Assembly (NCBI RefSeq): GCF_009914755.1
Contig: NC_060946.1
Length of the DNA stretch: 64,000 bases
Reading direction: 5' to 3' (one strand)
Source: the human T2T-CHM13v2.0 reference genome, Homo sapiens
Shown here: in pieces, positions 28,412 through 40,215 of the stretch
How the letters are laid out: every line of letters starts with the position of its first letter
How positions within the stretch are numbered: the first letter of the stretch is position 1
The notes under the pieces: generated by a model
What the model was told of the DNA's origin: nothing
What the model saw: only the letters and a program-made list of their open reading frames with translations
Database searches by the model: none
Position numbers and translations under genes: made by a program

Positions 28412-29339
28412 TTTAGTTGCCCCCAGGAGCACTGACTGAGCACCTAGTGGGTGCCCGACACCACGGCTGGGCCTGACCCTGGGGCAACAGGGAGGTGGCC
28501 AGGTCCTGCCCAGGGGGACAAGGCCGGGAGTCCCAGCCCCTGGGTCCCAGCCCAGGAGGAAGCTCTGTCCACTATGGCCGCCCTGTGGTGGGGGCCTCTC
28601 TCTGCCAGGACAGCAGGTGGGGGTGAGAAGGGAAGGCTGACCTTGGGTCCTGGGCAGGCCTAGGGTCTTGTGAGCATGTCCCTGGTAAAGGGAAGTTCAG
28701 GCTGTGGAGCATGGTGCCTACATCAGATTCTGGGGGTTGGCAGCCCAGGACCTGCTGCTCCCTGGAGCTCCACCCACCTGGGGCTCCACCCACCTGACTT
28801 GGTGGCACCTTGGAACTGGGCCCTGAGCCCAAGTCAGCCTTGTGTCCGCATCTGCCGTGTCACCTCTGTTCCTGCCCCTCACCCCTCCCTCCTGGTCTTC
28901 TGAGCCAGCACCATCTCCAAATAGCCTATTCCTTCCTGCAAATCACACACACATGCGGGCCACACATACCTGCTGCCCTGGAGATGGGGAAGTAGGAGAG
29001 ATGAATAGAGGCCCATACATTGTACAGAAGGAGGGGCAGGTGCAGATAAAAGCAGCAGACCCAGCGGCAGCTGAGGTGCATGGAGCACGGTTGGGGCCGG
29101 CATTGGGCTGAGCACCTGATGGGCCTCATCTCGTGAATCCTCGAGGCAGCGCCACAGCAGAGGAGTTAGTGGCACCTGGGCCGAGCAGAGCAGGAGACTG
29201 AGGGTCAGAGTGGAGGCTAAGCTGCCCTGGAACTCCTCAATCTGCCTGCCCCCTAGTATGAAGCCCCCTCCCTGCCCCTACAATTCCTGAACTCCTTTTT
29301 TAATTGACCAGCATTCCCCAGTGAGCAAAAGGACCTGAT

Positions 29340-29560
29340 ATTTATTCACACAATAATGTGGTTAACAAGTGTTTATGGAGCATCTATTATGCGGCTGTTC
29401 TGGGCACGAAGGAAGTTATGATGCTCAGAAAATCCAGCCCTTGCTCTCCTGGAGCCTGACTTCAAATTGAGGTCAGGGGAAGACAGATGAGAAACAAATA
29501 TTAAACGTATGAAGCACACATATGACGCAGCAAGTGAGGAAATGCGGGGCAGGGACATGA
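29340..29560 (-). mobile_element. L2 remnant
   Basis: aacaagtgtttatggagcatcta ... cccttgctctcctggagcctgac ... ggggaagacag. Confidence 0.5.
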
Positions 29561-30337
29561 AGATTCAGGGGGCAGGGAGGGCAGGGGCGAGGCGAGCTCT
29601 ACTTACAGGGGGTCAGGAGAAGCCTCAGTCGCCAGGAGCTAGTGCAGCAGGAGCCGGAACAAGGAGCTGGAGTCCCACAGGCGGGCACTGGGGAAGAGCG
29701 TCCCGGGCAGGACACCTGTTCAGCTAGTGGCCACTTCCCAGGTGCTGGGGACACCGAGGTCCAGAGGCGTGCATCCTGTAGCAGGCTAGGTCCCATTCGG
29801 GTGACCTCCTCCACACCAGGCTGTGGCCTTCCAACATCAAGGGATCTGTCTCGATCACCGTGAAGCCCTGGAAGAACAGCTGGTCGGGGGTTGGGGAGCT
29901 CAGCCCACCTGCCAACCGGCCCACCTATCTATCTGCCCACCTGTTTGTTTCACAAGCAGGCCCCCTGCGTCGCTGGCACCTGCCTGGCACAGAGCCCTTG
30001 CTGTCTGTTTGATGAGGATCACTTGTCCTGCAGCCAGAGACAGTGGGGTTTGGGTCCAGCCCTGCCACCTCCTGGCAACCTCATTTGTGAGAGCCGTTGA
30101 GGGGGAGAATGTGGAGATTCCTGCGGGATGCTCCCGGCCATGTCTACAGGAAGTGCTTAGTAAGTGTCAATCACTGTATCTCCTCATCCCTCCGCAATCC
30201 AGCTTATGGGGCTGAGTCACACTCTGCCTCAGTAAACCATCTTCTTTCTAAGTTCCAACAGGTCAGGGAGGCTGTCTCACAATTCTACGCAGTCTTCAGC
30301 ACAAAATCTGTCTGTCATGTGTTTTCCATTCCCCATT

Positions 30338-31250
30338 ATTCATCCATCCATCCCCATCTATCCATCCATTCATCCACCATCCATGCATCCACCCACATAT
30401 GTACTCATCTATCCATCATCTATCCACCTTCTAACCACCCACCTATTCACCAACAAATCCACCCACTCATCCACCATCCATCCATCCACCCACCCATTCA
30501 TCCATCCATCCCCACCCATCTATCCATTCAACCACCATCCAGGCATCCACCCGCCCACATATGTACTCATCTATCCATCATCTTACCACCCACCTATTCA
30601 CCAACCAATCCATCCACTAATCCAACATCCACCCACCCATCCACCATCCATCCATTCATCCACACACCATCTATCTATTCACTCATCCATCCATCCATCC
30701 ACTCATCTACCACCCATCCATCCACCCACCCATTCATCCATTATTAATCCATCCATCCCCACCCATCTATCCATGTATCCACCATCCATTAATCTACTCA
30801 CATATGTACACATCTATCCGTCATCTATCCATAATCTAACCACCCACCTACTCACCAACCAATCCATCCACCCATCCATCCACTTATCCACCATCCATTA
30901 TCCATCCATCCATCATTCATCCATCCATCCCCATCCATCCATTCATCCACCATCCATTCATCCACCCACATACGTACTCATCTATCCATCATCTATCCAC
31001 CATCTAACCACCCACCTACTCACCAACCAATCTATCCATCCACCCACTCATCCACCATCCATCCATTATCCATCCATCCCCCATCCATCCATCCACACAC
31101 CACATATCTATTCACTCATCCATTCATCCACCATCCATCCCTCCATCCATCCACTCACCCACCCATTCCTCCATTCATGATCCATTGATCTACCCATTTC
31201 TCCACCCATCTATCCATCCATCCATCTATCCATCCATCCATCCAAACATT
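30338..31250. repeat. Degenerate (CCAT)n/(CCAC)n simple repeat
   Basis: About 900 bp of ccatccat runs with a recurring catatgtactcatctatccatcatct block. Confidence 0.95.
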
Positions 31251-31467
31251 TATCTAAAATTTCATTATCCCTTCTGCCAACTCACCACTTACTTTTTAAA
31301 CACTTCCTGAGCTGAGGAGATGCTTGACTCTCTGGGTATCCTCCGTGTTCAACAGATAAACTCACTCCGTGTGCAGGGCCTTTGCTTCCATCTTTCAGGC
31401 ATGAATTCTAATGAAGATGTGAGTCTTCAGTGTCTCTGGTATGACCTTGCCAGACCTCTAGTTAGGA

Positions 31468-31638
31468 TGGTGGTTCTCAGCAGTGGCTGTTCATGAAGCC
31501 ACTTGGAAGTCATTGGAAGAATGCTGGAACCCAGGCCCCTACGTGACATTTGGATTTCACTGGTTTGGCATGTGGCCTCGACGTTAGAGTTTCTTGAATC
31601 CCTCAGGTGATTATCTTGTGGAGTCAGGGCAGAAGCCC
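31468..31638. mobile_element. MER5-like hAT-Charlie DNA transposon
   Basis: tggtggttctca ... cccaggcccc ... cactggtttgg ... ccctcaggtgatt. Confidence 0.55.
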
Positions 31639-32749
31639 TTACTGGATCAGGGATGCCGTCCTGATTGCAGCTGTGGAAACAAAGGCAGCAAGGCTTGGTC
31701 TCTGCCTCCTGAATCCCAGAGTCTGTGGGGTGACACAGCACTCAAAAGGTTTCACTTCTTATTCCCAGGCTGCTTGGATTTAAGGTCTGTGTTTGTGTTT
31801 GAGAGAGGTGGGTCACTATTTGCTGGGTGAATGTGAGATGAGTGTATTTTCTCCCTGGAGGTGCCCTGCCTAGCTCCCTGGGGTGTGTTGTCCGTGATAC
31901 AATTAATGGTGTTGTCAATGCCGTAGAAAAGATCGGCGTCGGCCCCACGGGAGCCGGAAAGCTCATCCTGCCACTGAAGTCAGGAGAACCACAACTCCTG
32001 GGCCAGGGCTGCTGCCCGGAAAGGTGACCGGAGTCTGCTGCCAAATTGCCAGCCTGGAGGCCTCATTTCCATGCCATAATCCCATAAGCAAATAGCGTGA
32101 TTGTATTAGTTGAGGGTAATTTTTCACACTTCACAGTAGCTGCTCAGTTTGCCTCCCGATTCTGCTGACTCTACTAGGAATTTGCACAATAAAATAATGG
32201 AAAAACTACAATAACCAGTGAAGCCAAACCAAAAATCTCATTCAATCAAACTCTCAGAGCAGAGAGCACTCACCGGCCGCGGTCAACCCTCTCCCCTCCA
32301 GTGCCCCCGTCTGCAGGTTTCCTCCCTCATCCAGGCCTGGCAGGGCAACAGTTCAGCTTGCTCTGCGGGCATCTAGGGCACCGCGCTGGGTTTACCTTGC
32401 CTTCCTCCTATTTTACTTGATTTCACCGGATTTTCATACCACACACGTTTCTGAGCCACAAAGCCAGGTCCATGCATGGAGTGGGCTCCTGGTGTAGAAC
32501 AGAGGTGGAGGCCTGGAAGAGACACCTCCTAGAGGCAGGACAAGGTCCTCAGTCCCGGGGCTGGAAATGCTCCCTGGCAGGCATGGCCAACTGGGGGCTT
32601 GGGAGTAGGAGAGAAGGCACCGTGGTCTTTGCAGGCTTCTCTCGGGCAAGGGGCAATTTGAGCTGGCAGGAGAGAGAAAGGGGTGAGTGTACTTCTTGCA
32701 AACTGAAGGCTGGGGATAGCTCTGCTTGTCAACGCTGACACCTGTTAAC

Positions 32750-33220
32750 TGCAGTGAGCTGGGGCTGCTGGCCCCAGAAGATCTGTCCACGTCCTAACCC
32801 CTGAACCTGTGGGTTTGGATTCATTTGGAAAAAGGGCTTTTGCAGATGTGGTTAAGTTAATGATTTCAAGATGAGAAGGTCACCCTGATGGGCCCAGGTG
32901 GGCCCCCAAGTCCAATGCCAGGTCTCCTCTTCAGGGAATGGAGAGGGAGATTCGGGACTCAGACACATGGAGGGGACGGAGCCTGGGACTGGAGCCGTGA
33001 GGCCGCAGGAATGTGGGAGCCACCAGAGGCTGGAAGGAGCCTAGAGCCTCAGGAGGCAGCACAAAGGCTGGAAGGAGCCTAGAGCCTCAGGAGATGGCAC
33101 AGGCCCGAAGACACTTTGAGTTTGTATTTCTGGCCCCAGACTGTGAGAGGATGAACACAACTTGCTTTATGCCCCCAAGCTCGTGGTGGCTCCTTCCAGC
33201 AGCCCCTGGGGCCTCGCACA
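32750..33220 (+). mobile_element. MLT1 (MaLR) LTR
   Basis: atttggaaaaagggcttttgcagatgtggttaagtta ... ccaccagaggctggaagg ... ccagactgtgagaggatga. Confidence 0.75.
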
Positions 33221-34849
33221 CGGGGCTCTCTCTCTAGCAGACCTCGCGTCCCATCTCACCCTTTCACAGGCCCTGTGAGCTCAGCCCCAGGCTGTTCCCA
33301 TGCCCCAGAGCTAAGCAGTGGAGACTTAGAACTGTCCGAGCCAAGCCACACGCTCAGGAAGGGAGTGAGTCGGAGTTGCCTTTCTACAGAATTTTCCTCG
33401 TCGAGCTGGCAGGCCGGGTGGGGGCTGTTTTTGTGGACGGGGGTCTGAGAGATTTGCCCAGTGTCGCAGGGCGTCCCAGGCTCTCTCCTTACCTGCAGTC
33501 AGCAGGATGGACAAGCAGGGGCTCCACACGAGGCCAGGGGCTGCGAGGTGGCCACGGCAGGCAGAGCATGAGAAGGAGGCAGAAGAGGAGGAGGAGGCCT
33601 TGGGGCTCCAGCCTGGGGCAGCAGCTGTGGAGGAGGCAGGCAGGGGAGGGAAGATGGAGGTGGGGCAGCATTCCCAGCCTCTGTTGTCTCTCACGTGGGG
33701 GGTGTCTTGGCCTCCTGATGGGATGGTGGGTCACTGGCGGACAGGAGAGGGGTACAGGCTGTGGGCCAGTCACATTCACATTCAAGTTCTTTACCAGGGC
33801 AGAACCAGATGGAGGAACAAGGGGCTGCTGACCGTGTGGGGGTCTCAATGAGCATTTTACATGTGTGTCCAACATTTACCCACTGGGTACTAGCAACAAC
33901 CACTAACCTAATAACAAACGTAGACTTTTTCACTTTTTGTTCAAAGTTGGGGATTTTAAAAAATGTCCACAGCCAAGCGTGCCACCCTGCCCACCGCTCC
34001 GCTCCTCTGTGATGTCACCCTATTTCCACGGCCCCCAGCGTGGGTATCATCAGCCCCTCTCTGATGGAGATGTCTATGAGCCTCTGTGGAAACTTGCTTG
34101 TATCTAAATGCTGTGTCTTCTTGCCTAGTTTTCCTATCAGCAAATCGTCTCTCACTTTGGTGTAAATTAACTGTCCTCCTTCAGTTTTCTTTTCCGGTTT
34201 TCTAGACCAAGCAGCATCTTAGGAGACACATTAATGGTTTTATATTGAAGTAGAGTAGGTCACTTTCTCCCAGTAGAATCATGAGGCCCTACAAAGCTCC
34301 CCAAATATCCATGTTTTCCCCACCATCCCCAGTTTCCAGGGAGGGGCACATGGCTGATTTTCCTGAGTGAAAGGTGAGCGAAGCGGTGTGGGGCCCAAGA
34401 TCACTGTGACCCGGTGCCTCACTCCCTCCTTCTTCCATTCCCGAGCTGGGCTGGAAGTTAAGGGCTGAGATGGGGGAGCTGCAAACGGAAGAGGGTGGGT
34501 TCCCCCATCACCACCCAGAGGAACCTGTGCCAGAGAGGCATGTGGCTGCCCTTGGAGCTGGAGTGTTGGTGGTGCCAGTCCCATTTCTTGGGATCTCTGA
34601 GGAAGAAGAGCAGTGGGACAAGTGGTTTTGCATTTCCACCTCTGGGTGCTGTCCACATCATACTTATTGCAAAAGGTCAGAGTGGAAGCCTGGGGCAGTT
34701 CCCAGCTTGTCTCTGATCACTCACTGCTCTTATGATGTAGGGCACCATTTAACACAGGGTAACAAAGCCTCCGTTTATCAGTCCAAAGGCAGGGAGTGCT
34801 TGGCTGGCAGGGTGACTCTGCTACCTCATTAAATGGCTTCAAACTCTGA

Positions 34850-35145
34850 GCTCAGGATAGCTGCTCTAGCTCCTGCCATCACATCTGCATCCCAGCTAGC
34901 TGGAAGGAAGAATGGGCCAAAGAGAGTGCATGCCCGTTACTTTGAAGAACATTTCCCAGAAATGGGGCCCATTCCTTGTGCCTAGGTCCCATGGGACAGA
35001 CCTAATCACACAGCCACACCACGCTGCAAGAAAGTCCAGAAAAGCTTGCCTCTATCTGGGCAGAGCCATGTGCTCAGTTGCACTCGAGGGTATCTCAGAG
35101 TTTAAGAGGAAGTGAGTGACTGGAGGTTGGCAGAGAGCTGGCAGC
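34850..35145. mobile_element. Old ERVL/MaLR-type LTR remnant (LTR33-like)
   Basis: agctcctgccatcacatctgcatccc ... cagccacaccacgctgcaag ... gccatgtgctcag. Confidence 0.4.
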
Positions 35146-36274
35146 CAAGCCTGGGCTTCTCCTCCTGGTGGGTCTGAGGCCAGCTGGCATGAGATCTGGT
35201 CGAGAACTGCCATCCTGACCCAGAAGGCAGGAGGTGAGGCTGAAGACTTGGTGGAATTTACTGGAAAGAGGTGTTTCCAGAGTTCACTGGTCTGTGTTTT
35301 TCTCAACATGGGCACTGCTTCCTTCAGCACAGCAGGTAACCTGCTGGGAGGAACTGGAGCCAGGAGCAGCTTGGTCACTTTCTGGTCGTCCATGTCACAC
35401 TTGTCACGGATAAAGTCTGCAGGTTTCAAAGTGTGTGGTTCCCCTCACTGTATCCCAGGAGAGCTACATGCTGGGGGTGGAGGTCTGCAGCGAACCTCCA
35501 ACCACACAGACGCTGGTTGCGAGTGTTCTGACCACAGCACGGGCAAGCAGGGGTCACTCGGAACTCATTTTGCTAGATGGTGTTGGATAATTCCTGTTCC
35601 CTTTTTTCCCAGCTGTTCAATGGCATGCTTTGTTTTGGATAGAATCGGACTCCCTCCCCAGCAGAGAGCGGGAGGCAGGCATTGTGATCCCTGTGCACTA
35701 CAGAAGCTGGTGTTCTAAAGATGCCCTGCGTGGCATGGCCTCATATTCTGGAGCCAAACAGACTTCTGGGGGGATGGTGTCTCCGTTTCCCCAACCCCAG
35801 GGGCCCAGCTGGGAGGAGACAGCAGGCAAGGGTGTCCCCTGCTGATCTTTCCACAAGACCTGCACTCAGTCCCCACATCAATGGGCACTGCCCACCCAGA
35901 CAGCACCTACTCCTGTGGGCAGCACCCAGAACCGGTGCTCACGATGGGGAAGTCAGGACTGTGGAGAAGCGGGAAACTGGAGCCCGAGGGCAGGGTGCTC
36001 AGGAGAGACCCATCCAGACAGCAATGCTCAAGGCCAAGTGAGACCAACGACCTGGAATCCAGGGAGAAAGCAGTGCCAGGTACTGACCACACATGGGACG
36101 AGGGTGCTGACCAGAGGGATGAGGGCACTGACCACAAACAGGGACGAGGAAACTGACCACACACAGGGTGAGGGTGCTGACCACACACAGGACGAGGGCA
36201 CTGAGCATGTACACAGGATCAGGTATCATAGGAGGGAGTGAAGAACTCCCAGCAAAATCCAGGAAGGAGCACGG

Positions 36275-36403
36275 CAGAGAGACCTGGGTGTGGACGGAGA
36301 GACCCGGGTGTGGACAGAGCACTGCAGAGAGACCCAGGTGTGGACAGAGAGACCCGGGTGTGGACAGAGAGACCCGGGTGTGGACAGAGACCTGGGTGTG
36401 GAC
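36275..36403. repeat. About 20-bp tandem repeat (GAGAGACCCGGGTGTGGACA) x6
   Basis: Repeated gacc(c/t)gggtgtggaca units. Confidence 0.88.
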
Positions 36404-36607
36404 ATGTTCTTCTGTCATGGGGAGGAAGAGAAGGGAGAGCAAGAAGGCAGAGGAGAGGAAACAGGAGGGAGCGAGGGAGGGCGAGAGGGAGAACACCCCT
36501 CTGTAGTAAGAGATGCATCTCGGGCAAGCTGCGTCCTTCCTCTGCTGGAGGCCCCCATTGCTCTACTGTGCTGGGTGGTGTCGGCAGGGTGGCAGATAGA
36601 GGGGTCT

Positions 36608-36776
36608 GCTGGGCCAGCCCATGTGTCCCAGGAGTGAGGTCCACCCCCGCTGGGCCAGCCCATGTGTCCCAGGAGTGAGGTCCACCCTCGCTGGGCCAGC
36701 CCATGTGTCCCAGGAGTGAGGTCCACTCCCGCTGGGCCAGCCCATGTGTCCCAGGAGTGAGGTCCACTCCTGCTGG
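36608..36776. repeat. 41-bp minisatellite x4 (GCTGGGCCAGCCCATGTGTCCCAGGAGTGAGGTCCACYCCC)
   Basis: Units at 36608, 36649, 36690 and 36731. Confidence 0.95.
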
Positions 36777-37873
36777 CGACATGAGCAGTGCTTTCTCTAG
36801 AGGGTATGGGGAGGCAGAGGAAGCCCCTGCTCTTCCAAGCAGCAAGGAAGGGTGATAGCCTGCACCCTTCAGGCCTTCACCATGGCTGCACTCTCTTCTG
36901 AGTGTAAGAAGCTTCTACTGTAACAGACCCTGGCAAGCAGGAGCTGCGATTGGGCAGCCCAGACCCAAGGCACAGGGAGCTGAGCCCGGGGCAGGCCAGG
37001 GCTGGGACCCTGCAGGGGCCGATGTAGGGCTGTAGTCATTACAGGTGCTCGGTGGCCTCCCTACGAGGGCAGAGCCCATCCTCAGGAACGGTCACCACCG
37101 GCCTGGCCTCCGCTTCTTCCCTGGGCAGTGTCTCCCTCACACCATCTCTGAGCCTCAGCCCTGTCTGTTCAGTGAGGGGCTGAACCGCTGCTCCCAGAGG
37201 CCCCTCTGCCTGGGCAGCGTCCGGCCTCAGGCCCTGACTGCAGGACGTTTGCAGGACGATGCCTCCTGCCTCCCTCCGGGGACAATCTCTCACATCCTCC
37301 CTGTTCCTTTCCATGTGGCCTCTGGCCGCCTCGCATCTGAACTGCTGAAGTCCTGTTTCTCTGGGCCTCATCCTCTCCTCCATCAAAATGAGGAACCGTG
37401 GACTGCAGGAGCATTGAGGAAGCCACGTGGAGTCCCCGCTCTGTGTTGAGCCCCGTAGGGTGCCCTTCCTGTGGGCGGCCATTCTGGGCGTGGCGCCCCC
37501 TGTCTGAAATCAGCAGCACACCAGCTCCCTGTGCTCCGTGTGACAAGCTGCCAGGGACAAAGGTAGCACCCGGACAAGCACCCAGGCTTTTCTTCCTCAT
37601 TCTAAACCCCATTGGAGCCGCAATCTCCAGGTATAATAGCAGCTTGTTAACAAATCCTGTTTGTGTTGCATTTGCTGACAGAGAGACTCCCCTGGGACCA
37701 CAGCAGTAGGCACGGCATTCCTGTGACAGAAATCAATGCCACAGATCGAGGGATGGAGCCACCGGCTCCCCAGGTTGAGTCCCCTTCCGGTAACACGGCC
37801 ACACTCCTTCCTCCCTCCAAGAAGATCCCAGGGAGGGCGATCCCGCCTGGATGCGTTCCTCACTCCCTTTCAG

Positions 37874-40215
37874 GTGGCCCCAGACGCTGGGCATTGGGAG
37901 GTGGCCACGTGGGGACATGGACATGAAGGCTGGGTAAGTGTGGGGACCAGGCGAGCTGGCTGCTGGACACCCACCCACCCTGTGAGCTGCACCAGACCCT
38001 ACTCTCTGTGCTCTGGACCCCAGGAAGCAGTCAGGATTGGGGGGGTCCCACTCACAGGCCCCGGCGCCTTCCACCTGGGCAGCTGCCATGTGCACCCTCA
38101 GGCTTCAGACTCCTGGCCACGGGGGCGGTGGTGTGGACCCCAGGCCGTGTGTGCAGATGCAGCAAGGTGACATCAGCCATACATTCACTGCGTCACTCCT
38201 CACCCAGCTCCTTCTCAGAGCCTCACTCGGAACAGCACATCTCCCATCTCAGCTGCCCTGGCCACTTCTGTGTAGGAGGCAGGAGGGATACTCCCACCAC
38301 CCCGACCCTTACAGATAACAGGCTCAGAAAGGCACCTGACCCCACAGCCCTTCAGTTGGGTTTGAACCTGGGTTGCTTGGTTTCAAAGCACAGGGGTTTG
38401 TCCTGCCCAGTCACACCCCTCAAAGTGTGGATGTGGGAAACACCGCTGAGGAGCCTGGACATCCAGGAGGGCTCAGGAGACCCTTCCTGACTGCACCCCG
38501 GACAGGCCCACGACAGGCAGATGGGACACAGGTCAGGATGTGGCAGGCACACGGCCTGGCTTCTAGACACTTCTCAGACCTGGGAGAGGAGAGAGGGACA
38601 GGTGGTGTGGGCGTGCTGGAGGCGGGAAGGGGATAAGAGTGTTGGTTATCACGGGCAATGTGGACACACGGCCAGGACAGGGGTCCACAGTATTTCAGGA
38701 ACCTCCCACAAGACGAAACTTCTAGACAGACTTCCCTCCCTGTGAGATACCTTAGGCTGTAGTGGAGAGGTCGCTGAAAGAATCGATATTTCTAGAAATT
38801 AGCTTTGGGATCAGTTTGCGAAGCTGCATCTATGCTGACAAGTGAATGAAGCCCGTGGGCAGGGAATACACTGAGGCCTTAGGCCTGCAGAAGAGCACAG
38901 GTGCACCTGCGCCACATGGGCCAGAATCAACCCAGGTGAATTCCAGCCCATGCCATTGATGCCAACCATGGACGAGGAATCCAGCTGGGGCTGAAGTTCC
39001 GCTACGCTGTCAGTTCCACTGGGGATGTGTGTTGCTCCTTCAGCCTCTGCCAGACACACAGGCCCGGTTCCAGCACCCGGGTGTTTGAGGGTGAGTGTGT
39101 GGGAGTGAGGCTCAGGAGGAACTGTGGGATCCAAAGTCAGTGAAAACGGTGAGGGTGAGGGAGGAGGGAGGATGGTGGAGGGCAGGGGTGAGTGAAGGGC
39201 AGAAAGGGGCGATGGGGTGAAGGGCAGAGAGGGGTGATGGGGTGAAGGGCAGTGGGCAATGGGGTGGAGGGCAGAGTGGGGATGGGGCGGAGGGCAGGGG
39301 GTGATGGGTCGAGGACAGAGGGGGGATGGGGTCGAGGGCGGGGGGGATGGGGTGGAGAGCAGAGGGCATGAGGCAGTGGGCAGGGGGTGGAGGGCATGTG
39401 GGGACAGGGCAGGGGTGGGAGGTGATGGGGTGGAGGGCAAGGGGGGACATGGCAGGAGCAGAGGGGGTCGGGGCAGAGCGAGGGGGAATGGGACACCGTT
39501 ATTGGAGACAGTGGCAGATATAAGCACTGGAGAAAAGCAGGTAAAGGATGTGCGGGGCAGGGGATTGGAGGGGACACTTGAGCAGACACTGAAATAATCC
39601 GTTATGGGAAGCGTTATGGGAGAATGGGAGCCAGGAACTGAAATTGCAGGGGGTGAGCGTGGTGGGAACTCTGAGGGGCGAAGGGTGAGGCCGGCATCCT
39701 GGTGTTCTCACACAGGGCAACCTCTCATTTCATTTCCGTTGTAGCCAGTGTGTGAGTCAGCCAGGGAGCCTCAGCCTTTCCCACTGGCTTCAAAAAGATG
39801 TGGAGGCTGATGGGGAGGAGGAAGGTTCCCCAGAGCAGGAGGCCATCTGATGTAATGAACATGCCTTCCTAAGACGCTGCCTGGGCCGCAGCCAAGTGTG
39901 GTCGCTCTCTGAGCAATCGATGCTGCCACAAAAGGTCCTGGCAGCAGCGGCACGACCCCTGCACCCCGCCTGCTGCATCCAGGACAGCGCCGGCCTCCCA
40001 CGGCGGCTCCCGGGAGAAGAGGAGACGCCACTTTGGCTGCTGTCCCGGGGAGAGGGGGGACAGTCCTTCGACTTCATGCAGGGGCTTGTCAACCCCAAAG
40101 CTTCCTCCGCCGCCATCTGGGTCTGACGCTCTCCGCTGGAAGGTGTTCAGGAGCTGGCACCCCACGTCCACCAGCGCTGGCTTCAAATCAAACAATAAAC
40201 AGCATTTAAAAAAAA
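37874..40215 (+). ncRNA. Candidate spliced transcript (lncRNA or smORF): internal exon 37874-37933 and terminal exon 39745-about 40215
   Basis: Acceptor ttcctcactccctttcAG, donor TGG|GTAAGT, acceptor ctctcatttcatttccgttgtAG, AATAAA at 40194. Motif-based only. Confidence 0.3.
39150..39495 (+). repeat. G-rich degenerate repeat (GATGGGGTGGAGGGCA-like)
   Basis: Dense GGG/GGGG runs over about 350 bp. Confidence 0.85.

Noticed and set aside
29045-29301. GATAAAA ... TTTTTT segment resembling a small Pol III unit
   Set aside because: No convincing A/B box or upstream PSE and no recognisable RNA fold.
35116-35718. 200-aa ORF in unique sequence
   Set aside because: Non-ATG start overlapping an LTR remnant, no recognisable homology; the length is within chance for GC-rich DNA.
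40106-40122. CTCF/YY1-like motif CCGCCATCTGG (another CTCF-like match near 41567-41582)
   Set aside because: Partial matches only; cannot be supported without binding data.
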